Source: the human T2T-CHM13v2.0 reference genome, Homo sapiens
Assembly: GCF_009914755.1 (NCBI RefSeq)
Contig: NC_060936.1
DNA: 64,000 bases
Strand: one strand, 5' to 3'
The notes under the pieces: generated by a model
Told to the model about the DNA's origin: nothing
Seen by the model: the letters and a program-made list of their open reading frames with translations, nothing else
Databases searched by the model: none
Position numbers and translations under genes: made by a program
Shown here: positions 47,135 through 59,930 of the stretch, one piece after another
Layout of the letters: each line of letters starts with the position of its first letter
Numbering within the stretch: the stretch's first letter is position 1

Positions 47135-47553
47135 CGAGAGAGAGATTGAGACAGAGAGAGAGAGAAACAGAGAGAGGTTGATTTATGTTAAAAAATTGGT
47201 TCATGTGATTATGGAGGCTAGCATGTCCAAAAGCTGTAGTTCAGGTCTGAAGGGTGTTAGGCTGAAGACCCAGGAAATAGCTGATGTTGTGGTTCAAGTC
47301 TGAAGGTCACCTTCTGGCAGAAGTTTTTCTTGCTCAGGGGAGGTCTGTCTTTTGTTCTATTTGGGCCTCAACTGACTGGATGAGGCCCACCTTCAATCTG
47401 CCTTACTCAAGGGCAATCTGCCTTACTCAAGGTCTACCAATTTAAATGTTAATCTCATCCAAGAAAACCCTCACAAAAACATCAGAATAATGTTTCACCA
47501 CATATTTGGGCATTGTTGCCCAGCAAAGTTGACATATAAAATTAACTAGGACA
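46990..47553 (-). mobile_element. MLT2-type ERVL solo LTR with 5-bp TSD GTACC; internal (CA)(TA)(GA) microsatellite and 20-bp tandem duplication
   Basis: tgtatt..agggttctccag...aagttgacatataaaattaac..ca; gtacc at 46985-46989 and 47554-47558. Confidence 0.88.
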
Positions 47554-47869
47554 GTACCCTTCAGCATTTTGATTTTGGAAGGTTTAGTGGACACCAACTG
47601 GGCCCAGAGGAAAAAAAGGGCATGTTATGGGCATCTTCGGAAAGCTTTTTCCAGACCTTAAGGGGAAGGATTTTTTTTTTTCTATCTCTAGTTTCACAAG
47701 TGAAGGGGTAAGCTCCAGGAAGCTGTGAAACAGTCCACAAAGAAGACCAATAAGCGGGCCCTCTTCCTGCCTGTGGTCTAAGCAAAAAGGATTCTCATGG
47801 CTCCCATGGGGTCTAGCTACCTCATCTGGCAATGTCCAGAAAGGGACTTGGGGTCAAAGGTCAGGGCTA

Positions 47870-48165
47870 AGGGTTGCAAATTTCAATGCCTACAGGAGTC
47901 AAGCAGGTACCATTAATGAGCCAGGCAGTCCAGGTACAAGGCAAACGGCAGCATAGGTGCGATGATAAGTAGTAATTGTCCTTCCCTTTCAGGTGCAGGA
48001 AATCAGGAGGAAGTGGTAGAGTTGGAGCAAATTGGAGTGTGCCTGCCCTTTGTAAAGTGGTCAGCTGTCTCTGCCTTGAGCGGATGGCTGCCAGACATTC
48101 TAATTCTTCAAGGAAAATTGGAAATCTGGATTTTCTTGTAAAACTCCTAATTTTCTTATTATTTC
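47870..48165. mobile_element. hAT-Charlie fragment (MER103-like)
   Basis: gttgcaaatttcaatgcctacagg...gcaggta; tgccaga...ttcaagg...gaaatctggatttt. Confidence 0.5.
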
Positions 48166-48555
48166 AGAACACTTCATTTAATATTTTTACTTTGTATTAT
48201 TTTAAAGCTAATTAATTTAAAAATTGACAAATGAAAATTGTATATATTTATCACATACAATGTGATGTTTCTAAATATGGTTGCATGTGGAACAGCTAAA
48301 TCAAGCTAATTAACATATGCATTACCTACTTTTTGTTTTGAAATAACTTCAGACTTACAGAGGATTTGTAAAAATAGTACAAAGAATTTTCACATCCTCT
48401 TTCTAGATCCAATGGGGACTTGAGCTCCCAAATGTCAACATTTAATTGTGCTTGCTTTATCATGCTCTTCCTTTGTTTCCATCTCTTTGCTTTTTCCTTA
48501 ACATTTTGAGAATTAGATTTGAATTTTTAATATACATAACCGAAGACCCCTTTAG

Positions 48556-48880
<325 letters not shown>

Positions 48881-49000
48881 CCTTGATCATCATTATGATG
48901 ACAAATCCTGATGCTTGTGGGTTTATTTTTAGAAACAATATTTTCTTGAATAGGCAGGACTTGGTGGAGTTTGTTTTTCTTCAAACAGTGCTCCCAAATA

Positions 49001-49347
49001 CGGATAGTCCCCGACTTACAATGTTTTGACTTTACGTCGGTGAGAAAACAATACACATTCAGTAGAATCCATACTTCTAGTACCCATAAAAGCACACTGT
49101 TTTCTACTGTCATTATGGTTTTCAATAAATTACATGAGCTATTCAACACTATTAGAAAATAGGCTTTGTGTTAGATGATTTTGCCCAGTTTTGGGTGAAT
49201 GTAAGTGTTCTGAGCACGTGTAAGGTAGGCAAGACTAAGCTATGATGTTCAGTAGGTTAGGTATGTTACATGTACTTTTAACTTATATTTTCAACTTATG
49301 TTGGGTTTATCAGGCTGTAACCTCATCCTAAATTGAGAGGCATCTTG
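49001..49347 (-). mobile_element. MER47A-like TcMar-Tigger DNA transposon with TA TSD
   Basis: ta|cggatagtccccgacttac...taagtgttctgagcacg...aggtaggc...taagctatgatgttc...catcttg|ta. Confidence 0.8.
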
Positions 49348-51224
49348 TATGTGTTGTTAAATCTCCCTTTCCCATTTATTGATGACAAATTTAGAGGATT
49401 CCATTTATTCTAGTTCTTTGTGGTTGTTGAGAGTCCATCCAGTATAAAATCTTACCTCCCTTTCCTTTCCCCAGCATATACTTCACTGGAGAGACATGAA
49501 AAGGGGTGGGGTCTGGTTCTGGATCTCAGGCAAGGTGGGATGGGGCGGACAGAGATCTTCTAAGGTCACTGATCACAGTCAATGAGGGAGAAATCCTGAT
49601 CTCCTCCTGGCTTGGTCTCCATTCTTCTGCTCCTCTGGATGCCTCCACTGATGCAGGGTGTGGTGGTCACCAGATAGTTGGTGATTAGCTTCACCTCAGC
49701 CCTGCCATTGCTGTGGAAACCCTCAAAGAGTGGCAGTTCCTTTGGGCCAGTGGCCCACACTCTCAACCCTCTCACCAGGTTCTGCCTCCTCCCATCCAGC
49801 TTGGAAGCCCCCAGTGCAGCTTCTTGGCTTTCGATCCCTCTTCTAAATGCACTCATGAGAGCAATGGGAATCCTAAGTTCTCTTCCTTGCTCTTTAGTGG
49901 CCTCAGGAGCTTGGATGAGAGTGTCTTCTTGCATCTCTTCCACAGGCTACCATGAAAAACTTCTTGCTTCTAGAAATGTCAGACGATAAACAGGTACCCA
50001 CCTTTTTGTTCACTTTGCCCTGTGGCAGAAGTTGCTACAGGGAGACAAACATTCATTTTGACCATCCTACTGCTAGGCATTTCCAGTCCTTGCAGTTAGG
50101 TGTGGTCACTGGGAGTGGGTTCTTATATAACTTGTTAGTATAGCTCATACAAACCTCCAAGCAATCTGTTCCATGCTCCTTCCCCCTTTCTGTAGTTGGA
50201 ATGGTGATAAGATGACAGAATGATCTTGAAGCTAGATATTGAAGGTGGCAGGGCTGTTGGCATCCTGGAATCCTTAAACGACTCTGTGGAGAAGACAGAC
50301 TATTGCCTCTTTCCCCCAAATCTGGAGCAAACCATCTTGACTTGTACATGTTTGTGCAATTATATCTTGGATTATTGTTTATAGTAGATTAGCCTTCCCT
50401 AATTAATATAATCTTGATGCCTAGGGACACGGCTTTCTCAAGAGCTGTCCTACTGTGCTCCAGTCTGGGCAGCTTCAGGTCAGTCTAGAGGGTGCATTCA
50501 GCTGGGGATGGGAGGTTGGTGGGGGAGATGCCTGTCTCCTCCTGGACTGGAACCTTCAATCTAGGAGTGATTTCCACAGCCCTTCACTTGACTTGAAGGG
50601 TAGAAGAAGCATCTCCCTCCCTTCTTCCATGGAGATCTTCAAGAAAAATCTCTTTGCTATGAGCACTGCTTTCCCCAGTGCTCATCAGAGCCAGTGACCC
50701 TGATGATTCCACTTTTCTCCTTCTCCACGGGGTAGCGAATGATAGTTCTGTGATTGATTGGGATTGGGCTGGCTTTTCTAGCTCTAAGGAAGTCCTAGGG
50801 TGGTGGGCAGGCTCCAGATGTCAGAAGTTCTCCATGGAATGTGGGGTATTTGGGGGGTCTATGATTCTAGCTGTGGGTCCTAGAGCCAAATCCAGGGCAA
50901 TGAGAAAAGTCCCACTCAACACTGATGCATAGTAAAATGGCATTGGGCAGGCAGAATGAGGGATAAGGAGGCAACCAGTTTGGGACTTGAGGCTTAGACC
51001 CTGCAGATATGGGTGAGGGGCTGGGCATGAATCAAAGAACTTGCTGGAGCTGTGCTCTCTGGGAAGGCTGGGTCTGGAAGCTGTGTTTCGGGAGGAAGGG
51101 CCAGGGTGCCAATTGAAGCCTCATGGAGTGCTCTTCCAACCTTTTGGGCTCCTGGCCAGGTTTCATACCCCATCTCTTCTTAAGGAAAACACACACATAC
51201 TCCAAGTATTACAGATGCTTTCAG

Positions 51225-51230
51225 TTTAAT
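51225..51230 (-). terminator. DCD polyadenylation signal ATTAAA
   Basis: GCTATTAAACTGAAAGCATC, ~100 nt after the stop, followed by a GT-rich downstream element. Confidence 0.8.
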
Positions 51231-51329
51231 AGCTGTTTTAAATTTTTTTTTTTTTTTTTTTTTTAGGTTTTAGGCTGAAGACGTAAAGCCTGCTGCTCCT
51301 GGGTATCATTTCTCAGCTTCTCCTTACAG

Positions 51330-51373
51330 CTATAGTACTGAGTCAAGGACGTCTTTAACGTCATGGACGGCTC
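51330..51373 (-). CDS. DCD: DCD exon 5 coding
   Basis: gtcctag | GAVHDVKDVLDSVL-TAG. Confidence 0.97.
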
Positions 51374-54300
51374 CTAGGACAGCCACAGAAAAAAATGGGG
51401 TAAAGGGGTAGGAAGAAAAAAGGAAGGGAAAGAGAGCCAGGGAATTGGGGAAGGAGAGGTAGGGGAAGGGGAAGGGGAAGGGAGGCCTGGAGGTGCTTAC
51501 ACAGAAGTCAGAGGGATGGAGGTTAGATTCACAGGAGCCCCAAAGACCAACCTCTCTTCCCCACCTTGGCAGGGGCAGGGGGCAAGAGCAATAAAAAAAA
51601 AAGCAAGTTAGACCCCAGGAAGTATCAATATCAGACAAGAATGGCAATTTAAATCTGGATGAGGAATTGGAGACATTTGAAAGCACAAAGTGAGGGGTCT
51701 TCAATGGGGGGGCTGTGGCAGTTTCAGATCTCATGCAAGGGGTGGAGACTGAGGCTGGTCCTGAGGGAGGAGTGGGGACATATACTCACCTTTACCCACG
51801 CTTTCTAGATCTTCGACTGCATCTTTTCCTAGTTTTCCGAGTCCCCCCACAGCTTTTTTTGCTCCGTCTAGGCCTTTTTCTAGGGTGGATTCAGAAAAGA
51901 AGAGGTCATAGAAGCAGAAAAACTACTTCCTTTGTAGGAGAGCTCCCCCGCTTCCTAGGCACCATGGGCACCCCTAAGGTGAAGTGGTTTTGCTGAAGGA
52001 ACCAACTTCTCTGTCATGGGAAGGTTGGTAGGCCAGTATTAGCTGCAAAACCTATGGCCCAGAAACCCTGTATGTAGAAGCAGGTGTGCACCCCAAGCCC
52101 TCCCTAGGAATATGGGTGTAGCTGTGTCCCTGTGCTTGTGCCTGTGAGGGCAGACTGGCCCCCAGATATCTTGCTGTTTCATGCATCAGAATTCTATACC
52201 AGGCATTGGGAAAGAGGCTTACCCAGAAGGCTGGATCTCTGCTTCCTTGGCTTTGGTGCCTGTCTGGCTAACCCTGGGTCTTCACCTGCATTTTCCTTTT
52301 GAGCTGCTGATGCTTCATGGCAAGCTGCAAGGGTAAGGGAGTGAGAGGAATAATAGCTATTTCACTCTTTCCACCCTGGTCGGGGAGCAGGTGGTGCTTT
52401 TACCCCCTCAAGGTCTGGCTTGAGGATAGCTCCCTCTCTCCCAATTCCTCTAGAGCTTGACTTTCATGATGTGTTAGGTTCTTTAGCATCCCTCCAGCTT
52501 TTTCCTGCTGCCTCCAAGACTTTTCCTGCTCCTCCAGGGCCCTTTTCTAGAGTAGATTATGGTTCAGGGAAAAGTAAAGTCATTTTGGCAGAAAGATCAC
52601 CTTAAAGAGACTCCCCCTAGTTTTCATCCCTTATACCAGCCCCCTAGTGTGGGGAGGTTTTGCAGAGGGCACTAGCTTCTCTCTTCTAGGCAGGTTGGTG
52701 GATGAGGACAGAAATTTGGCAGTCTCTGAAGGGGGCTTCTGTAGCTGTAAACAATCCATTTGTTTATCTGGAAAATCAAAACTTCTGTTATTGCATTGGT
52801 GTGAAACGCTCCAGGGGCATCTGAGAAGACACCAAGGTGCCCGGTGTTCCCTCTGGGCTTTATGTGAGAAGGCAGGGAGGGTGCAGGTGTGTGCTGTGGT
52901 TGGGGCTCGCAGTGCAGTGAAGATGTGCAGAAATACAGTTTATCTTTCTGCCGTTAATTATCCAGAGTGTGTACATGGCTGGGGAAGTAGAAATGAATGA
53001 GAATTAGATCTCTCTCTCAGGGGCTTACAGTCTAGGAAAAGAGACAAAACTGCTATATATGGGAAGCCCAGAAGAGGGAGGGATGAAAGGAGAGACTGGG
53101 ACAGAGGCACCATACACACCAGGCAGGGAGGGCTTCAGAGAGCAGCTGGGACTTGAAGCTTGTTAGAGCACGGACAGGTAGGGGTTGAAAAGGTACCCAG
53201 GAAGAGGAACGTTGGGTAGTAGAAAGTTACTCATGCTGTCTGATGAAACAAATGTATAACGTTTGATGTGGAGAATGCAAGCAGTGGAGTCTAGGGAAAT
53301 TATATTTGAAAAGTACCCTGGATCTAGATCATGGATACCCTGAATGTCAGGCTAGGAGGTGAGAGTTTCGTGATGAGAAATGGGAAACCACGTGAAAGGT
53401 TTTTGAATTGAAATTGTTGGTGAAGGTGGGGCAGATGAAAACCTCTGAACCCATCTAATGTGAAGTTCCTCCTCTTGCTCAAGAAAAGTATTCTTTTCTT
53501 TCCCATTTTTCTTACTCCACTTCTACTTCCAGACAGGGCCACCCTTTCCCCCATGCTCTGTCCTTCTCCAGTGCATGAGTCTCTCAGGAAGTCTCCCTTC
53601 TCCATGTCTCCTAAAAGTCGGCCTCCCAACTCTCCTTCCCCGGACCCCCCTTCTGCTTCTCTGACTTCCTCCACTCATATCCCAAGTCATTAACCCTCCC
53701 ACCCAGGACTGGGGCAGGAGGAAGAGAAAGGACTCACGGTTCCCCGATCCTGGGGCAGAGGCGGCCTCTGGATCATCTGCAAAGGAGGGAACAGTGACCA
53801 TGTCAAGTAGGGCACAGTTGCATGAGCTGTATCCAGCCAGGGCTGCCTAGAATTCCCAGGCCTCTAATCTCAGGAGTGTGGCAGTGGACAGACAGGAGAG
53901 AAATCTCTGCTACACAAGGGGCCCACTAGAAATGCTTTTTGGTATCTCAACCAAATCCCTCTCTCTGTTATCCTCCCTAGACCTAGGCTACTCAGAACAT
54001 CCCTATGGAAATGGAATCATTCTCTGACTCTCTTCTATGTCTTAGATGTCCAAGTTTCATAATGAAAGTTGAAGGGGCATGACCACGAGGGCATGACCAC
54101 AGCACCTGCTCTAGTGACAGGGCAGGAGTTGTTCTGATTGTCACCTGATAGAATGACCTCAGAAGGACCTTCCCTCCATTTCTTTATTCTTCCAAAAGCA
54201 TGAATGAAGCACGCATTATGCACCAGACATGGTGTTAGAGGCTAGAGATACAGCTGTGAGGAAGACAGATAGTGTAATTGCTCGGGGAAGCTGACAGTCA

Positions 54301-54920
54301 ATGGGGGATTTGGAGGAATTAACATAATTACATAAACAATTATTTAATTACATTTGTGATAGTGCTAGGAAGGAAAAATACAGGAGGCAAGAAAATGCAA
54401 AATAGGGGCCAAAATGATTCTGGGGCTTCAGCAAGCCTGCTGTGAGGAAATACATGGACACAGAGAGCTAGCAGGGCGGACACTTGGAAATTGAGTAGGA
54501 AGGAGGTTGACGTGGGTGGGTGAAATAATGGGCAGGGGAAAAGACAAGAGGATGTGCAAAAGTCTTGGCAGTGGGAAATGGCTTGGTTCATTGAGGGGAA
54601 AAAGAATGCCAGAGTGGTTGGAGCAGAGTGGGCCAATCACAGACTGAGAGGAGAGGCAATGGAGAGCCAGGCTGGGGCCACAGGGCTCCTGGCTTCCTCT
54701 GACCATAGAGTCCCTGTGTGGAGAACCTAGTGGGAGGCAGGAGTGGGCTACAGAGACAGACTTGGGTGAACTGCCTCTGGCGAGGAGGGGAAGGGGAAAT
54801 GAAGGCAGGGCCCAGTCTTCAGGGGACTATATGGTTGGGTGTCGGGGAAGAGCCATACTCACAGGCACAGACCAGGGCTCCTGCCAGAGCTGTCAGGAAG
54901 AGGAGAGTCATGAACCTCAT
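51330..54920 (-). CDS. DCD: Dermcidin precursor, 110 aa; join(54863-54920, 53738-53776, 52223-52324, 51790-51879, 51330-51373)
   Basis: 58+39+102+90+44=333 nt, all introns GT-AG. Translation: MRFMTLLFLTALAGALVCAYDPEAASAPGSGNPCHEASAAQKENAGEDPGLARQAPKPRKQRSSLLEKGLDGAKKAVGGLGKLGKDAVEDLESVGKGAVHDVKDVLDSVL. The C-terminal 48 aa are the DCD-1L sweat antimicrobial peptide. Confidence 0.98.
51501..51564 (-). CDS. DCD: DCD alternative cassette exon (121-aa isoform ending GGEERLVFGAPVNLTSIPLTSVSRP)
   Basis: cccctgccaag | 64 nt | gtaagc. Inclusion shifts the exon-5 frame to VSRP-TGA, 121 aa total, matching my recollection of DCD isoform 2. Confidence 0.75.
51790..51879 (-). CDS. DCD: DCD exon 4
   Basis: atccaccctag | EKGLDG...ESVGK | gtgagt, 90 nt. 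Confidence 0.97.
52223..52324 (-). CDS. DCD: DCD exon 3
   Basis: cccttgcag | PCHEAS...RSSLL | gtaagc, 102 nt. Confidence 0.97.
52462..52546 (-). pseudogene. Degenerate duplicate of DCD exon 4 (pseudo-exon) in DCD intron 2
   Basis: aatctactctag | EKGPGGAGKVLEAAGKSWRDAKEPNTS-TGA versus exon 4 EKGLDGAKKAVGGLGKLGKDAVE (11/23 identical). The upstream flank resembles DCD and LACRT intron 3. Confidence 0.7.
53738..53776 (-). CDS. DCD: DCD exon 2
   Basis: cctttgcag | YDPEAASAPGSGN | gtgagt, 39 nt. Confidence 0.97.
54863..54920 (-). CDS. DCD: DCD exon 1 coding (signal peptide)
   Basis: MRFMTLLFLTALAGALVCA + T | gtgagt; same 58-nt length as LACRT exon 1. Confidence 0.97.
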
Positions 54921-55000
54921 GCTTCTGTGTGCTGGAGTGGGTATGCCACCGAATCCTTGGAGATCTTGGGATCTAGGGTGTCAAGACTGCCTCTCTGGGC

Positions 55001-55160
55001 CTTTTTTTAAGCATGACAGGGACCAATGGGAACCAGTCTTCCAGTGGTGTGTTCTCCTCCTCCTCTTCTCCCACCTCAGAGCCACCTGTTAAGTCAACAA
55101 AGGCTGGCTGGGGCTGGCTGGTGCCCGCCTTCCCTGCAGGTAGGTCCTGGACAGCAGCTC
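55001..55160 (-). promoter_or_regulatory. DCD proximal promoter (TATA-like TTAAAAAAAG, CCAAT, E-box, FOX site)
   Basis: TTAAAAAAAG 55010-55001; CCAAT 55023-55027; CACCTG 55083-55088; TGTTGACTTA 55099-55090. Colinear with the LACRT promoter. Confidence 0.7.
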
Positions 55161-55976
55161 TGGAGTTGGCACTGTCCTGACTGGCATCCTTTGCCTGCCT
55201 CTCCCCTTCCCATCTCGCTTGTCCCTGGGCTCCCATCTCTGATTGCATCTGGGGTCCTGGGGAAGACTGTGAGAGGTTTCTGGAGAGGGCCCTGGCAGGA
55301 GGGCTGTGCCCAGAAGGCTCTCCTTCCACCTGGAAACAGAAGGGGGGCCCAAGATGTCAGATCCAGCCTCCTTAGGAGAGAGTGGGGGTGGCTGAGGCTT
55401 CCCTTGAGTGGGTTAAGCCCACCCTAGGGGGCTGCCCTCACAGCATTTGGGGATCCCACCTGACTAAGGTCCAGAGAGGCTGATGTCCTCTCTAGGGGTC
55501 TCCATGTGGTAACCAGAGCTTCCCAGCCTCAGTAGGCCCTGACCAGGGTGTCTTCAGTCCCAGCTAATGATCCTCTACCCCAGAAAATTCTCCTGGTAAG
55601 TTAACCAGAATATGAAGTCAGTTCCCAGTTTGCCCTTCAGATAGGGGAGGGAGGCCAGTGGTGTGGATAATCCAGAGAAGTGGAGAATCCAAAGGTGCTT
55701 CTCTCTGCCTCAGAATCCCTTCCTGCGGACTTGTGTTTTCTTCGAAATGGCAGAAAGTCCTGGAGATGTGGGTTTATGACTCGATTTTGTTGTTTACTAG
55801 CTGTGTGGCCTTCAGAGAGGCAATTTACCTGCCCCACTTCAATTGTTTTTCTTTCTTCTTTTATTTTATGGTAATATTTAAGGTGTAACATGAAGTTTTG
55901 ATATACATGTCTTTAGTGAAATGGTTACTATAATCAAGCAAATGAACACATCCATGATTTTACATAATTAGCCTTT

Positions 55977-55992
55977 TGTGTGTGTGTCTCTC

Positions 55993-56028
<36 letters not shown>
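55977..56028. repeat. (TG)n microsatellite within an old L1 3' fragment
   Basis: Direct reading. Confidence 0.85.
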
Positions 56029-56030
<2 letters not shown>

Positions 56031-56799
56031 AGAGCACCCAAAATCTGCTCTTCCAGCAAAAATCCCAAAGTCAATACAGTATTATTGACTCCAGCTCTTG
56101 TGTTCCACTTCAGCTGTTTTGCATTTGATGGTGAGAAATGATCATTTTAATCCTACAGGTTTCGTGTGAGGAATACATGTGTCAAAACTGGTCAGCTCCC
56201 TCCTCCATCTATTCCAGACCCAAGCTGGGGAGCTGAGGATAACTTGGAACCTTAGTTTCTGCTCCTCACAAAGCCAGTTACTTCCTTGAGATGTCTTCTC
56301 TCCACGGAGTGGAGCCTGCCCTTGCCCTATTCCTGGGACCTTGGTGAAAATGGACTGAGATTTGTTTCCTGAGGTGCTCTGTCTGTGCCAGACACCGTGT
56401 TGGACCCAGACAGATAAAGATGAGTAGACTGTGGCCTTGCCTTGAGGGGATACACAGTAGGCAAGGATCTCAGACAGATGAAGGGACAATTGATGGTAGC
56501 AGGGGACTCTGTCCTGGTAGAGAAAGCATGCTCTTCCTAGCCTATGGGATTGAAGCAAAGTTGTGCTCCACCACTTAGAGGCTGAATGATTTTGGCATGT
56601 CACATAATCTCTCTGACTCTCATCTCCACAGTGTGACCCAGGGTACTTGTGAAATTCGAACAGGAATAGCTCAGATCCACTTTCTGGGTCAACTTTCTGG
56701 GGCTCTTCCCTGTTCTCTGGATGTCTACCTCTCACCTCCATGGGAACTCAGTCCATCTGAGCTCTCACCATCTCTCCTGTTGTGTGGTTCATTGTGAGA

Positions 56800-58290
<1,491 letters not shown>

Positions 58291-58941
58291 CCTGGAAGAT
58301 TTTCTGGGCATTCTTCTTGTCTTCCTTCCTCTCCCCACCAAAGTGAAGTCAGAGTTCTGGGCTATGCACTTCCACCAGCCCCTTGCTCTTCTCTTTATCT
58401 GTGCATCACCTCGATGGTATTGGGATTGTCTGTTTAGTGCTTGGTTTTCCACACTAGACTTCAGCTGTGCAGTGCAGGACCATGTTTAATTTGTCTGTGC
58501 ACCCCAGCCCCAGTGAGGATGCCAGACACACAGTTAGAATGCAGTAACTTTTGGTGAAGTGCAGCTAGAAACCTACAAGTGAGTGGGGCTAGAAACCTTC
58601 AGAATTTGGGCAAGAGATGTGGACTGGTGGATAAAGCTTAGATTAGACTAATAACATTAATCTGTTGGAAAGAGATATGCCAAGCTGCTTTTTAAGAAAC
58701 TATTTAATATTTGTTTGTAGTTTTTTTCTTTGAGGTAAAACTTACATACAATGAAACTATACAATGAAACATACATATTAACTGTATTTTTTCGTCTTGT
58801 CAAATGCATCTACTGATGTAACCCAGACTCCAATCAAGATATGAAGCATTACCAGTAACCCAGAAAATTTCCTCCTGCCTTTTCCCAGGTGATACCTGCC
58901 CCAGCTCCTAGAGGCAAGCTGAACTGCTTTTTAAATACACT

Positions 58942-59062
58942 CTTTTTTTATTTTAAGAGACAGGATCTTGCTCTGTGATCCAGGCTGGAGTGTAGAGATG
59001 CCATCATAGCTCACTGCACCCTCAAACTTCTGGGCTCAAGCGATCCTCTCGCTTCAGTTTCT
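58942..59062 (-). mobile_element. Alu fragment (J-type arm)
   Basis: gagacaggatcttgctctg...catagctcactgca...tgggctcaagcgatcct. Confidence 0.8.
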
Positions 59063-59885
59063 CAATTTAATGCACTCATTGCTGGAATATCTGTGGGGTT
59101 TATTCAACCCTAGCTTGATAGCTTTCTTTCTCTGTCTTGTAATGTGGGCTTATGCCTGTAGAAACCTGACAATTCAGGCCATAGAAGCATCCTTGGGTCA
59201 GGAAAGAGAGCTTGCATGTTTTCAAAGGTGTGGAGAGTCTCTTTGGTGTTCCGTGGTGAAAAGAGTCAGCACTGGGCCTTCAATTTTCATGCACTTCATC
59301 GAGTGATTCCCCAGGAAGGGCCCAGAAGAAAGATTAAGATATGGGGAATACTTGCCTTTGGACAGAATCCGTTTCTGTTTAACTGATGTCTTCCAGCTGG
59401 TTCCTCAGAAAGAAAAGGTCAGGTAGGTTCAGAAGTCCAGTGTGGGAATAATGTGGTTAAGAGTTGGGAGTCAGGAGGTGAATTAAGTCTAATATCAAAG
59501 GTGGGCAGTGGAGATCTGTGCAGGGCAAGGAGAATTCAGAGAAAGGTAGGCAGGGGCTTCATTCATTTTGCAGGTACTGGGTACTGGCATCTGAGGGATA
59601 AGTATGAGTTGGTATCCACCCTCATGGAGCTCATAGTCTCGGCTTGGAAATAAAGTTATGCTAAATAATTCGATATTAATATGACCCATAAAGGAGTACC
59701 TAGAAGGGAAAAATGAAGGTCTGAAGCAGTTCAGGGATGTTGAGAAGAGGGGAAACGTTAGAGGAAGCACTCAGGGGCATTATGGTCAGGAAAGTGAGGG
59801 AGAGGAAGTGCTCCATTCCTGAAGATCTGAAATCAAGTGAGTGATAGGGCCGGAGATGGAGAGGCTTGAGTATGGGGAGGGCACA

Positions 59886-59930
59886 TGTGTGTGCATGTGT
59901 GTGTGTGTGTGTGTGTGTGTGCGCACGCAC
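59886..59930. repeat. (TG)n alternating purine-pyrimidine tract
   Basis: Direct reading. Confidence 0.9.

Noticed and set aside
49566-49989. Overlapping 80-125-aa ORFs on both strands between LACRT and DCD
   Set aside because: No family resemblance, splice structure or processed-pseudogene hallmarks such as an A-tail or TSD.
56142-56741. 199-aa minus-strand ORF upstream of DCD
   Set aside because: Overlaps MIR/L2-like degenerate repeats and has no coding features.
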